The notes beneath the pieces were generated by a model. It searched no databases. It saw only the letters and a list, made by a program, of their open reading frames with translations, and was not told where the DNA came from. The translations under genes were made by a program, and so were the position numbers. DNA of 64,000 bases. Source: a virus (taxonomy: Duplodnaviria > Caudoviricetes). The stretch lies in the IMG/VR virus record IMGVR_UViG_3300025723_000013; one strand, given 5' to 3'. Positions 16,601 through 24,621 of the stretch are shown one piece after another; positions within the stretch are counted from its first letter, which is position 1, and each line of letters opens with the position of its first letter.

Positions 16601-18371
16601 GAGCTTCCGGTCCGCAACTGTTGAATGTTTGGGGCGCAACGCTGGTACCACTGTTAATTATGCTGATAATGATGTTGTAACCTGTAACAATTTCTTGACC
16701 AGCCAACGAACCATTGATTAATGCTGTATTAATGGTTTGTGACGTTGCTGTGCTAAACAAATTTGAGTTTAGAATCTGTTGATTTTGTATGATGGCTTGG
16801 CTGAGAGTATTGATGTAGTTAAGTGCTGCAATTGTTTGCAACTGTTGGCCTTGTATGAGACAAATATTGCCATTATAATAGGCCAATCCAGCTTCAACCG
16901 CTTTTTCATTGCCACCAAATGCAGCATCATAGGCCACATTTTGAACATTAAATCCCACATCTCTGGAAAATAGGGCCGGGGTATACACAAAATTTCTAAA
17001 ACTGGTTGAGGTGTTAAGTTGCGGAATAGTAATTGTGGCACTGGTAGCAATTTGATAATTTACCCAAGCCACTGTTTGATCCTGTATGAATGAAAGATTT
17101 GACAACAACAAGGTTCGAGCATTTAAGAACCCGGCGTCTTGAGGTCCACTTATCACATTCAATCCATTTACTATGGTTCCTGTAGAAACAGTTACCACTA
17201 TGGTAGTTGTATTTGATGCAAAGGTAGAGGTTCCTACAGCTTGTGGAACTTGTACTGTTTGATTGGGCACAAACATAGTTCCATCAACCAGCCATGGACC
17301 GCTTTGATTGGTGCAATTTTGTATGTATGGAGAATGGTAAACGTTTATCTTGGCACCATTCACTTGCGGAGGAAATGCTGTGGCGTATGCGCCTCTGTTT
17401 ACTCCATTGGGATACACGCCAGGCAACAACCCGCTTCTTCCGTTGAGGAATTGCATCTGCGCAAGATAGCATCCGCTTTGAACGTGGAATAGATCTTGTG
17501 TTTTATTGATGGGCTCGATGCTGGTTGTTCTTAAATCGTCTCCTACGATTGCGGTGTTGGGCTGCAAAAGTATGGGATTGTTTTCTAGGTAATGTCCGCT
17601 ATAAACCTTGATCATTGTGCCAGGAAGATAATAGGGACTGTTTACTGCACCGCTGATGGTGCGACAGGCTCTGCTGGGATCAGCTGCTCTACCATCGTTG
17701 GTGTCATTGCCGTCAACTGTGACATGCAGCACATTGGTGATTACCGGAGCAGTGCCTATAGGATTTTTTCCTTGCACTCTTAATTCGGCGTTGATCTCAA
17801 GTAAATTACTGCCCGGATTTATCGTGATAGTTCCGGTGCTGCTGATTTGATTGGTAATTATATTTGATATATAGCCATCTAACCAGGATTTAGAAGCACT
17901 GCCAAGATTGTATTGTTGATCAACGGCAGGAATGATATCGGAGGTTATTTCTGAACCAAAAGTCACTGTGTCGGTGGCTGTGTTATTTCCTAAAATAATA
18001 TTGCCATCGGCGGTGATATTTCCTGTAGCATGCAGATTGCCAGTTACCAGGGTATTGCCAACGAGATTTATCATGCCGTTGGCACTTGGTTGCAGCGTTA
18101 TTGGACCCACAGAAGTTGCAATAGTTCCGGAGTTTATTATCAATTGGCCTAATTGTGATTGACCAGTTCCGGGGCCTGTATAAACAACTTTTAGATTGTT
18201 GGCGTTAATGGTGCCATTAACATCCAATTCATAGGCAGGATTAGTTTTCTTGATACCAATGAGTCCACTGGAAACATTCAAGTATAATAAATTTGTTTCA
18301 AATGCTAAGTCTACGCCGTCGCGTAGTAAATTTGGCGCTAGCAACGGACCTGAGATGCGACCAATGGCCAT
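10698..18371 (-). CDS. Very large virion structural protein with beta-helix-like domain and internal repeats (2557 aa)
   Basis: VLHVTVDGNDTNDGRAADPSRACRTISGAV resembles the entry motif of pectate-lyase-like beta-helices. About ten copies of a Y/F-x-x-x-K/T-C-x-R-D-x-G-x-I-V-D-x-V-A-x-D-L-L-x-G-G-N module follow. Strong AGGAG RBS. Confidence 0.8.
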   Translation of the reverse strand: MAIGRISGPLLAPNLLRDGVDLAFETNLLYLNVSSGLIGIKKTNPAYELDVNGTINANNLKVVYTGPGTGQSQLGQLIINSGTIATSVGPITLQPSANGMINLVGNTLVTGNLHATGNITADGNIILGNNTATDTVTFGSEITSDIIPAVDQQYNLGSASKSWLDGYISNIITNQISSTGTITINPGSNLLEINAELRVQGKNPIGTAPVITNVLHVTVDGNDTNDGRAADPSRACRTISGAVNSPYYLPGTMIKVYSGHYLENNPILLQPNTAIVGDDLRTTSIEPINKTQDLFHVQSGCYLAQMQFLNGRSGLLPGVYPNGVNRGAYATAFPPQVNGAKINVYHSPYIQNCTNQSGPWLVDGTMFVPNQTVQVPQAVGTSTFASNTTTIVVTVSTGTIVNGLNVISGPQDAGFLNARTLLLSNLSFIQDQTVAWVNYQIATSATITIPQLNTSTSFRNFVYTPALFSRDVGFNVQNVAYDAAFGGNEKAVEAGLAYYNGNICLIQGQQLQTIAALNYINTLSQAIIQNQQILNSNLFSTATSQTINTALINGSLAGQEIVTGYNIIISIINSGTSVAPQTFNSCGPEAPLVSAELLLHNNRNFLQTQVANYVAATYPTFVTNLAKSYRDSGFLIDAISQDIIVGGNTKTIEAALSYFTSSKDDSGVAQTAVINNFSLFKNIYTTGPSAVPATVVGPNLGPGYTNAQVILNENIQFVQTEVSAYIRSLFTATYTLTPVQQALSYQYIGTVLTAIAADTAAGGNANTIQAAIQYYLNYNSLQLLPTSALTYMQQLCVNIVNNMQNTGLYQTLIAQITNLAPATAAEAQSIDTNLDLITQIVTQGPKSSSYPSTIAVNALSTNTNAFNAYNLLEANRAFISAELTGWIDNTFGNGFNYNTSTCYRDTGLIVDSLALDLLQQDNSQAIFAGLQYWSQYGYTGAIAQEITTTTNAIKYASQLAQKIVVNSTVTSLQTATSQVFGTTSTFASSATTTVALLFSTITNILSNGVTGITNQIVPNGSSSTNVGLINSYNILLANQNFIAAEVVAYVNKNNPGFVYNQATCYRDTGLIVDSISLDLLFPGNGYTQSNFAGLQYWSQNGYASPTFLQEITTTTNTINYINNLATQIVTNTVTGKRYQTAVQQITSSTTATIAEAQTIYNDFNLIVGIINSGTAGVTDLIVPNGISASTNTNVKTAYWLLEANRNYLQTEAIAYITATSPYGYSYNVNKFYQTMGSMVDSVAFDLLYGGNRQAIQTGVYYYAFTSTNTSTAIPNEIPQTTAAYNFINSLANFIITGQRIPTQYQTTVTQVLSANTGTTADVFNVNKEISLIVNIINSGTSAALAPNSIAITATTTATTVYAAQLLAANRTFIQAETVAYINNQFATGFQYDQVKCARDVGYIVTSVAFDLLHGGNRQSIQSGVYYYNYNPNSSVITYELAQITAAYNRIKQVSSQLILGQTVTPSPGNAVSPITSTNTGTSADVAFIANDIDIINSIINTGPNIPYAKKPILLASTTTQSTINAYNLLTANRAFIQNELIAYINYYFAQPFYYDKVTCVRDTGIIVDSVAMDLLYNGNTQSTFAGLQYWNQAGLTTGTQSLLTATVDTVQTLGIYINQIITYYLSSTATITANVNTLTNILTSGTANVTNLIVPNGLPSLNTNTVMAYELIQANRSVLQTQTVTTITNKYNTLGINTATLTRDVGNMIDALSFDLLHGGNRQTIQTGVYYYTFSNTSSALVTAAGNEIPQVAAAYDHLKYIMASVIQNQPLVPSYQVVYPQVIEPAFMGVTPVLGSIEAPICVDSINYLNAICLNVISNTPIVSSTFDNSTVTRYLSTITSTATQYFNYNLIGGQYAATAINRNFHIITNVIQNGPNAAPPAFTGSGLFATTGISSDDVRNSTTVLSFTNSNNVYTIKLSTPTIGDAQNGTLYFGNPAVFPATNSQVEALSLQYTGSSSTWNSRKVDVIGAMGGSLVDGSVVSDISPIQSFVYDAFTQINQGGVGIHVTNNGYAQLVSVFTIFCSVGVQVDNGGIASIVNSNSNFGDICLLSNGHGPLEFSGTIYNPPYPTYIYSYSQSTATSIGQYFPLGYYPQNGTLEVYLPDTSYRPHIGLLMEIVPPVNYFNGYLNTVTTYINSAGYPGFLTGSPSVGVLTTGSITIKGIDTTGAAVGNTVYIRDQYGNTGTTSTNNIFVPYTFPGTTIVAIGYQSITLNQGLGNGGQDPTNSNLFTNNNYFNVYFCGNAYYTVDSSTINDSFGHTLGTSILSTASVQVDQIGPEVASLRYLNTLIANTLTNANILGPINFINTSINYITSLTSSTTLPIVNASGNIVTYTTKVSGSTVTNTINIVKPSTVPATIPPAGAGAAIIVISNNIQSYVDSVIVYIKQTYPTLPFKEYKCRRDVALILQQLIYDLTYGTNYYSVYSGLSYWYRAGTHHIVRIEETVSNPLLFPDGATVNFYQRSYMSASGYTFEYVGAGVTYSALPQRGVADPIQGQEVVQVNNGKIFFTSTDQNGDFRIGPGLVISQATGVLSGRTFTKSLFANLTPFILAIEGR

Positions 18372-18467
18372 TAGGACTCCTCATACCACCGAGTTTCACG
18401 GGGAACCACATTACATTGCGGGTTTACCACAGTATGTTCCTGCTGGTAAAAGCCCCAACATCGATTG
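18372..18467 (-). promoter_or_regulatory. Candidate structured 5' leader RNA of the 2557-aa gene
   Basis: ~95-nt leader between a late promoter and the RBS. Stems: CATAC/GTATG (18432-36 with 18382-86), TGTGG/CCGCA and CCG/CGG. Confidence 0.4.
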
Positions 18468-18474
18468 TATTTAT
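18468..18474 (-). promoter_or_regulatory. T4-type late promoter (ATAAATA)
   Basis: Minus strand reads TAATAAATACA, in the intergenic gap upstream of 18371. Confidence 0.6.
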
Positions 18475-18497
18475 TAAGGAATTCTTAAATGTTTCGG

Positions 18498-19304
18498 TTA
18501 GGACTCAAATCGATTGCCTAACGGTCCTGCTGGAAAATATCCATCAAACCCCAACAAAGAGAATACAGGTTTGGCAGGTACCGTTCCTGTAAACTGGATA
18601 TAGGTGCCCGTATTTGGGTAGGATACTGTTATTACCGTGCTGGCCGGAATGGACGTTAGAGTTGGATTGCTGATTCCAAGTGCATATCCATTAAATTGAT
18701 TGGTAAATGTAAACGAAACACTGGTAACAGTTGTGCCCGGCTGTATTCCAACTCCGCTAACGGGTCTCCAATATCCTGATTCTCCGGCGTCTATATTTGT
18801 TATCGTGTTAAGATAGATTGTGGTTACATTACTGGACGTGGAAACTGATAAAGATGCAGTAGAGGCAGATGGATTGGTTATTAGCGAGTAATTTGTGTTA
18901 GGCACTTGATAGACATTGTCAACAAAAACTAATACATTTTGTGGTTTACTGGTGCTGATATTGTAAGCCAATGGTCCAAACACAGTGTCATTATAATTGC
19001 CATATCCTAAATTTTGAGCAGTGATGGTGGCTTGTCTCACAGTCCTAATAATTTCCCATGGAGTAACACTTGCTCCTGAATTATAAATTGCGGGATTATA
19101 AACTTCAAACTCGTTTAATGTTGTGTTATATCGCACAGTGCCTGTGGTCAAAACTGCAGGAAGGGTCACACGTTGCGCAGTGTTTCCGGAAGGTAATTGC
19201 AAAGTGGCAGCACTGTTTGTGACAATCCTACCATCAGGATAGACTGAAAATTTATCGTCTACCGGATCTTTACTATATAATGATAATTTTTTAAGGTATC
19301 TCAT
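18498..19304 (-). CDS. Virion structural hypothetical protein (268 aa)
   Basis: LQLPSGNTAQR...GTVRYNTTLNEFEVY and NVLVFVDNVYQVP motifs are typical of T4-like phage structural proteins. Confidence 0.65.
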   Translation of the reverse strand: MRYLKKLSLYSKDPVDDKFSVYPDGRIVTNSAATLQLPSGNTAQRVTLPAVLTTGTVRYNTTLNEFEVYNPAIYNSGASVTPWEIIRTVRQATITAQNLGYGNYNDTVFGPLAYNISTSKPQNVLVFVDNVYQVPNTNYSLITNPSASTASLSVSTSSNVTTIYLNTITNIDAGESGYWRPVSGVGIQPGTTVTSVSFTFTNQFNGYALGISNPTLTSIPASTVITVSYPNTGTYIQFTGTVPAKPVFSLLGFDGYFPAGPLGNRFES

Positions 19305-19615
19305 GATGTCTGTACATAGCTAACCAGAGCAGTAACAACGCCAGAAACAAGAGAGGTAGCCCAAATCTGATCACCATTTTCTAAAATTATTTTTTCAGCA
19401 TCAAAAACAAAAGTCTCAGTTGCCGGAAGTGGTAACGCATTGATAATTATTGTGCCGGTTCCAGGTGGAAGGCCTGCCGGTACAGCATAAACATTAACGC
19501 TAGTGCTGGTATTGGCCGAATTATTACAAAAAAACATCGTGGTTATCGCGTTTTGTGACCCGGATAGAAATACCGAGGTCAGTGTTGAATTTATTATAGT
19601 GGCTGTAATGGACAT
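19301..19615 (-). CDS. Small structural hypothetical protein (104 aa)
   Basis: ATGA overlap with the next gene; beta-rich composition. Confidence 0.65.
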   Translation of the reverse strand: MSITATIINSTLTSVFLSGSQNAITTMFFCNNSANTSTSVNVYAVPAGLPPGTGTIIINALPLPATETFVFDAEKIILENGDQIWATSLVSGVVTALVSYVQTS

Positions 19616-19625
19616 TGTTTATACC

Positions 19626-20639
19626 TTAAAATATTATACCATAGATAATGGCTTTTCTACGGCTGACTAATTCGTCTGATCTATTTGTATTTACAAAAAA
19701 TAATCCCGTGCCCCCACCTGATGCGGGTTCTTTGTAATAAATCGCGGTTTGATTAGCCACTGCTGGAATAATTGTGGCAGTTGATTGCCTTTGTAATATT
19801 AAAGGAGAACTCACTAACACTGAACTGTTTGTTGGAGGTTGCAAAATGAGATTTGTAACTGTATTGCTAAAGGTACTAAGAGATATAACATTGTTGTTAA
19901 CAGCTATACCTTGTATAATTGCGCTGTTACCCGACAATTGAAATACTATATTGGTAGCAGAGCCTAATGCAGCAGTAATTGAACTGATAGGTCCATAAAA
20001 TTGATCATTAGAAGGAACCGATGGATCATTTATCTGGATAAAAGAGTTACCAACCTGCAGTTTTTTAGCAAAAGTTGTACCTGTATACAGCCTATTATCA
20101 ACATATGCTTTGTTAGGAATATGATCAGGATCAATCACCTGTCTTTCATAATGGCTTGTGCCCTTTACGCTCAAAATTCCAAATTGATTTTCAGCTCCAA
20201 GAAAATTTATTTCTTGTAGAGTACTGTTTGATCTAATAGCGCTTACCGCTATTGCCGACCCTGTACTAGCCGCGGAAAATTGCCATACACCTCTGAAACT
20301 AGTTCCTGAGCTGTTTGTCCAGCCGTTGTTACCATTGTATCCGTCATTGTAATACATTGTTGCAGCATTTGTAAGATCGCTATTGCTTCCACGATCAATG
20401 GCAATACCACTAGTTCCTAAAGTGACATAGGGATTTATCTCGCCGGCATTCAATACTATGATGTTGTCATTAATTAAAGAATTAACACTTTCAATTTGAC
20501 TTGTTTGACCAATCACATCCAAATTGCCCAAAATACGCACAGTTCCAGTCGTAGGACCGGTAACATCAAAAATGATATTTCCGTTATTGTTAGCGGCTAT
20601 GCGGTAGTCGCCTGATACTCTTAAAACGTCAGTGGGCAT
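19626..20639 (-). CDS. Virion structural hypothetical protein (337 aa)
   Basis: Preceded by late promoter ATAAATA (20657-63) and an AGGA RBS; contains INDNIIVLNAGE...SGIAIDRGS, a fibre-like motif. Confidence 0.65.
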   Translation of the reverse strand: MPTDVLRVSGDYRIAANNNGNIIFDVTGPTTGTVRILGNLDVIGQTSQIESVNSLINDNIIVLNAGEINPYVTLGTSGIAIDRGSNSDLTNAATMYYNDGYNGNNGWTNSSGTSFRGVWQFSAASTGSAIAVSAIRSNSTLQEINFLGAENQFGILSVKGTSHYERQVIDPDHIPNKAYVDNRLYTGTTFAKKLQVGNSFIQINDPSVPSNDQFYGPISSITAALGSATNIVFQLSGNSAIIQGIAVNNNVISLSTFSNTVTNLILQPPTNSSVLVSSPLILQRQSTATIIPAVANQTAIYYKEPASGGGTGLFFVNTNRSDELVSRRKAIIYGIIF

Positions 20640-20667
20640 TTAGATTTCCTTTAATGTATTTATTTTA

Positions 20668-21186
20668 TTACCATACTCTTATGACGAAGTAGTTAATTCG
20701 AGGAGCTACATTGTGCGGCCACGAAGGATGACTTTGAAATCTTAAAGTTGCCCCAAAACTAGGGTCTGATATTATGGTCGGAGTGAGTGTGGTTCCCCAA
20801 AAAACTCCTTCCCCGCCGTAATTTTTTATGATACTGAGATCGTCGCTGGCTAGATTTTCTCCAAGCGGCTGTCCGAGATACTGTAATTGTATCACATCAT
20901 CTGTGATCCTAGCGCCTCGATCAATGCCCAGCATGGCTTCTAGTCCTGATATAGTGGGCGGTAACGATGCTATGGCAAAGTTTGTTAGAGATAGATAGTA
21001 GGTTTTTTGTTTGACATCATTAACATATGTATTGGCAATATGGGCCAACGGTTTAACAGTAGAAACAAACGTATTGGTCTGATTCCGTAAATTGTAAAAA
21101 TTACTGCCGTCATCTACCCATGCGATATGTTGTGCAACTTCGCAATATTGACTTACAGCGTTAGGATATAACCAATTGGTAGGCAT
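20668..21186 (-). CDS. Hypothetical protein (172 aa)
   Basis: Clean ORF with a TTAAATA promoter-like motif immediately upstream (21192-98). Confidence 0.6.
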   Translation of the reverse strand: MPTNWLYPNAVSQYCEVAQHIAWVDDGSNFYNLRNQTNTFVSTVKPLAHIANTYVNDVKQKTYYLSLTNFAIASLPPTISGLEAMLGIDRGARITDDVIQLQYLGQPLGENLASDDLSIIKNYGGEGVFWGTTLTPTIISDPSFGATLRFQSHPSWPHNVAPRINYFVIRVW

Positions 21187-21207
21187 ACGACTATTTAACT
21201 AAAATAG

Positions 21208-21231
21208 AAAAAGGCTCCAAAGAGCCTTTTT
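21208..21231. terminator. Rho-independent terminator (bidirectional-looking)
   Basis: AAAAAGGCTC-CAAA-GAGCCTTTTT perfect inverted repeat after the stop of 21256..21951. Confidence 0.75.
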
Positions 21232-21255
21232 CTCATTTTCCAAACAGAGATCTAA

Positions 21256-21951
21256 TTAATAGGTTGTGATACCTACAATAGTTCCTGTTGCAGTTCCGGT
21301 AGTCCAGGCAGTTAAAACACCATTTCCTACCAAGAATCCAGACCCAGTTGAAGTGCTTTGATACACCAATGCTTTTCTAGAAGTTAATTTTTTGATCCAA
21401 TAAGTGCTACCATTGAAATCTACAGCGGATAAATTCATCTGTCCTGCAGTCAAAAATGAAGTACCAGTTGCTGCTAGTACGCAACGACCAAATCCATCAG
21501 ACGTTTGCACAAAATATGCGCGACTGGATATTTGTTGCAAAATATCTGCAGTCGATGCTGTTGTTCCGCCAGTAATGAACGCACTAGGCTTAAATGTTCC
21601 TGAAGGTCCGGCTGGAGGAGCAGTCATGTTAATCAAGAAAGTGGCTCCTGTTCCTGTTCCCACGTTTGCTAAACTGATACTGGGTGGAGATTCGTACCCA
21701 GAACCTGCTGTAACTACTGTAATTGTGGAAATTGTTCCAATAGCACTCACGGTTGCTGTGGCCACTGCCTGTACTCCTATAGGAGCAGGCACCTGCGGAG
21801 CTGATAATACAACTGTGACTCCAGTTGTTGTGGAATAGTTTGTACCAGAGGTTTTTACCGTGATACTGCTTACCCCTGCTACGATAGACGATGGTGGCGA
21901 ATCTGTGCCTGTGCTGCTAAAAAAAAACTTTTTCTTGATCGGACGTCCCAT
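21256..21951 (-). CDS. Virion structural protein, possibly a head decoration/Ig-like protein (231 aa)
   Basis: ITVKTSGTNYSTT...ITVVTAGSGYESPPSISL repeat motif; has its own late promoter and terminator, directly downstream of the capsid cluster. Confidence 0.6.
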   Translation of the reverse strand: MGRPIKKKFFFSSTGTDSPPSSIVAGVSSITVKTSGTNYSTTTGVTVVLSAPQVPAPIGVQAVATATVSAIGTISTITVVTAGSGYESPPSISLANVGTGTGATFLINMTAPPAGPSGTFKPSAFITGGTTASTADILQQISSRAYFVQTSDGFGRCVLAATGTSFLTAGQMNLSAVDFNGSTYWIKKLTSRKALVYQSTSTGSGFLVGNGVLTAWTTGTATGTIVGITTY

Positions 21952-22030
21952 TTTTTTCTCCTTGTTTATGGCAGTTTTATTGCCTACGCAGTGGGTGCAT
22001 AAATCCCCAAAGATATTCCAGGGACAGTGT

Positions 22031-22038
22031 TATTTATA
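22031..22038 (-). promoter_or_regulatory. T4 late promoter TATAAATA (perfect)
   Basis: Plus tatttata reads TATAAATA on the minus strand, ~80 nt upstream of ATG 21951. Confidence 0.75.
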
Positions 22039-22047
22039 TAAAATTCT

Positions 22048-22233
22048 TTATCTTCCATGTCCTTTAATCTTGCAACCCTTTTGAAAACTGGCATTGGAAG
22101 TGGGCGGGCATTGATTGGGATTGCGAATATTCTTGCGTGTGGCCCAGGCATATCCTGCTTGATGTCCTGAGCAGTCTTTGGTGCATTTGGAACCTTTAAA
22201 GTCTAATTCTGTTATGATTTCATGTATACGCAT
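22048..22233 (-). CDS. Small Cys-rich protein (61 aa)
   Basis: MRIHEIITE...CTKDCSGHQAGYAWA...C...SFQKGC; ATAAATA motif at 22238-44 directly upstream. Confidence 0.65.
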   Translation of the reverse strand: MRIHEIITELDFKGSKCTKDCSGHQAGYAWATRKNIRNPNQCPPTSNASFQKGCKIKGHGR

Positions 22234-22260
22234 CGGGTATTTATTTTATTCTCTCAACAA

Positions 22261-22283
22261 AAAGCCCGCACTGGGCGGGCTTT
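22261..22283 (-). terminator. Rho-independent terminator of the capsid operon
   Basis: AAAGCCCGC-ACTGG-GCGGGCTTT followed on the minus strand by a T-tract, 27 nt after the gp23 stop. Confidence 0.8.
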
Positions 22284-22309
22284 CTGTGTAATCAACAAAT
22301 AAGTAAAAC

Positions 22310-23491
22310 TTACTTGTAGCTTACTGTAGCGCTGTTGATCGCCACTTTGGACAAGTAATCAGCTGCATTGCCTAGTGACGATGCAGTATTTGACAACTCA
22401 ACATAACCGTAACGGGTTAGGAAGCCAACTACTGGTTCAAAGGTGCTTGGATCTAGTACAACACCGGAGCTCATTAGAGGAATATATGGGCAATAGAAAG
22501 CAGGTGCGTCTGCTTCGCTTGAACCCTTATAACCAATTAGAACCTGGTTGTTGTTGTCTGTATCAACCTTGTAGGCATCAACATAAACTTTCATCGCGCC
22601 ATTTAATGTACCAACAAACTTGGTGTTTGTTGGAGCTTCAAATGTGCCTTCGGTTGTTCTTGCGAACGCAGAAGTTGTTGCGCTCTGGAGGATTGTTAGA
22701 GCCTGGTTTGAAACCACAGCCCAGTTGCCTGCGCCACGACGTGTACGCTGTGCAATTAGGTTGCTGACACGGTTGATCTGGATAGCTAGTGCAGCATGTT
22801 CGTCACCGACGAATGTGGCTGTACCAGAAACTAGAGCCTGGTCATATGTTTCATCAACTGAGGCCAAACCACGTAGCGAAGCTAGGATTTCCTGGTCGAT
22901 TTCAACCGTGATTTCCTGGGCTAGTGCTGCCATGATTTCTGCTTCGATGTCAATTCCCTGCTGAGCCTGTGCATCCTGTGCAGCCTCAAAAGTCCAACGA
23001 GCTGATAGCTTGCGTGACTTGGCTTCTACTGGAGCCTTGAGGATCTGGATGCTCATTCTCTTACCTGGCTGACCTTCTAACTGGCTGGTTGAAGCGGCTT
23101 TTGGAATCGCGTCAACGTTGTTACCAGAGTAGGCAGCAGCAATCTTGAACGGGCTTAGTGCTTCTTCACCGGCTACTACTGCACCGTCGCCGCTGCTGTC
23201 AGCATAACGAACACGTAGAGTATGGATTTGACCAACAGGGCCAGTCATTGGCTGTACGCCGATGATTTCGTTGGCAATAACTGTGGGCATCACACGTCTG
23301 ATAACTGGTAGAATTACACGGTTAAGTGTTGCTACGTTACCACTGCTGGTTGCACCTGCTGTTGCAGCTTCTGCCAAGTAACGACGAGTGTTTTCTAAGC
23401 AAACCTGCATAGAAGAACGACGATTACCTGATAGGCCTTCAAGCAGAGCTTCCTTTGTCTCGGACCATCTTTCATTTAATAACTGTGACAT
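22310..23491 (-). CDS. gp23: Major capsid protein (T4 gp23-like)
   Basis: IIGVQPMTGPVGQIHTLR, EAKSRKLSARWTFEAAQD, EIMAALAQEITVEIDQEI, AFYCPYIPL and GFLTRYG are gp23 hallmark motifs. Confidence 0.97.
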   Translation of the reverse strand: MSQLLNERWSETKEALLEGLSGNRRSSMQVCLENTRRYLAEAATAGATSSGNVATLNRVILPVIRRVMPTVIANEIIGVQPMTGPVGQIHTLRVRYADSSGDGAVVAGEEALSPFKIAAAYSGNNVDAIPKAASTSQLEGQPGKRMSIQILKAPVEAKSRKLSARWTFEAAQDAQAQQGIDIEAEIMAALAQEITVEIDQEILASLRGLASVDETYDQALVSGTATFVGDEHAALAIQINRVSNLIAQRTRRGAGNWAVVSNQALTILQSATTSAFARTTEGTFEAPTNTKFVGTLNGAMKVYVDAYKVDTDNNNQVLIGYKGSSEADAPAFYCPYIPLMSSGVVLDPSTFEPVVGFLTRYGYVELSNTASSLGNAADYLSKVAINSATVSYK

Positions 23492-23512
23492 TTATGTCTC
23501 CTTGAATATAAG

Positions 23513-24607
23513 TTATTTTAGACCCGCTAACTTGCGGATATCTAAGATATTATCTAAGCCTACCTGTGGCTGTGCTTTAACTTCACGATTGCCGGTCACG
23601 GCAGTCGATTCGGTTAAAGTAGCTTTCGCTGCTTTCTTTCGCTCGCCTTCCATTACTGCGGGTAGGTATTTGTCAAATGCGGAAGCCAATTTGGAAGTTT
23701 CTACACTTTCTAACAAGCTGCGCATCATTTCTCTTTTGTCAGCACCTAACGGAGCTAACATTTCGCCCATAAGCGCTTTGCGTTCTGCTAGATCGTTGGC
23801 TACGCGGATTTCGCGGTCCTTGGATTCAACAATACGCTGCTTCTTCTCTAGGGCTTTCTTTGTTTCAGTAATTTCCATATCTTTCTTAGCAAGGACCTTT
23901 AACAATTTACTTGTTTCAGATTTCTCATTGAGATAAGATGAGGAATATTCCTGAGCAAATGCTTCAAATAAGCGACGACCAAAATCGTTGGTACGTGCAC
24001 TGTCAATATCTTCTTTCAATTGCTTGATTTCAGAAGTCAACTGTTTTGCCACTGTAGATTCAACCACTCTAGCTCCGCGCTTAATAAACTTTGTTTTTAT
24101 ATCTTCAAATTTTGCCTTGGCTTCTCTGACCAGCTTGACTCTAGCTTCTGCTAGCTCCTGCTTGTCTTGAGCAAATTCTGTGATTTCTTTTGCCAATGCA
24201 TGAACAACAAACTGTTCCAATTTGGCAAAATTTTCAGAAACTTTCTTGCGATCGTTCTGGAATTCTACCAATTCCTTACCCAGCTGATCCGTGATAAATG
24301 ATTCTAAAATCTTAGCATCACCCTTCATTTTCTTCTGATATTCCACACGAGCCTCGGCTAGTGTTTTTTTATCTTCAGCGAATTCAGCCATTTCTGCGGC
24401 CAATCTCTCGCTCAACATGCGATCAATTGCTTCAACCATAACACCTTTATCATGCGTGTATTTTTGAGCAAATTCTTCGCGTAGTTCAGCGGTGATTTGA
24501 TCGCGATTCTCTTGAATCCTAGCGGCAAATGCAGCTTCAACTACTGACTTCGTTTCTTCTGTCATCACGCCAGACTCTACCAAATGTTTGAATGCGTCCA
24601 ACATCAC
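23513..24607 (-). CDS. gp22: Prohead core scaffolding protein (T4 gp22-like)
   Basis: Coiled-coil E/K/A-rich protein located between the protease and the major capsid gene; C-terminus DIRKLAGLK. Confidence 0.85.
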   Translation of the reverse strand: MMLDAFKHLVESGVMTEETKSVVEAAFAARIQENRDQITAELREEFAQKYTHDKGVMVEAIDRMLSERLAAEMAEFAEDKKTLAEARVEYQKKMKGDAKILESFITDQLGKELVEFQNDRKKVSENFAKLEQFVVHALAKEITEFAQDKQELAEARVKLVREAKAKFEDIKTKFIKRGARVVESTVAKQLTSEIKQLKEDIDSARTNDFGRRLFEAFAQEYSSSYLNEKSETSKLLKVLAKKDMEITETKKALEKKQRIVESKDREIRVANDLAERKALMGEMLAPLGADKREMMRSLLESVETSKLASAFDKYLPAVMEGERKKAAKATLTESTAVTGNREVKAQPQVGLDNILDIRKLAGLK

Positions 24608-24621
24608 TGTCTCCTATACGG

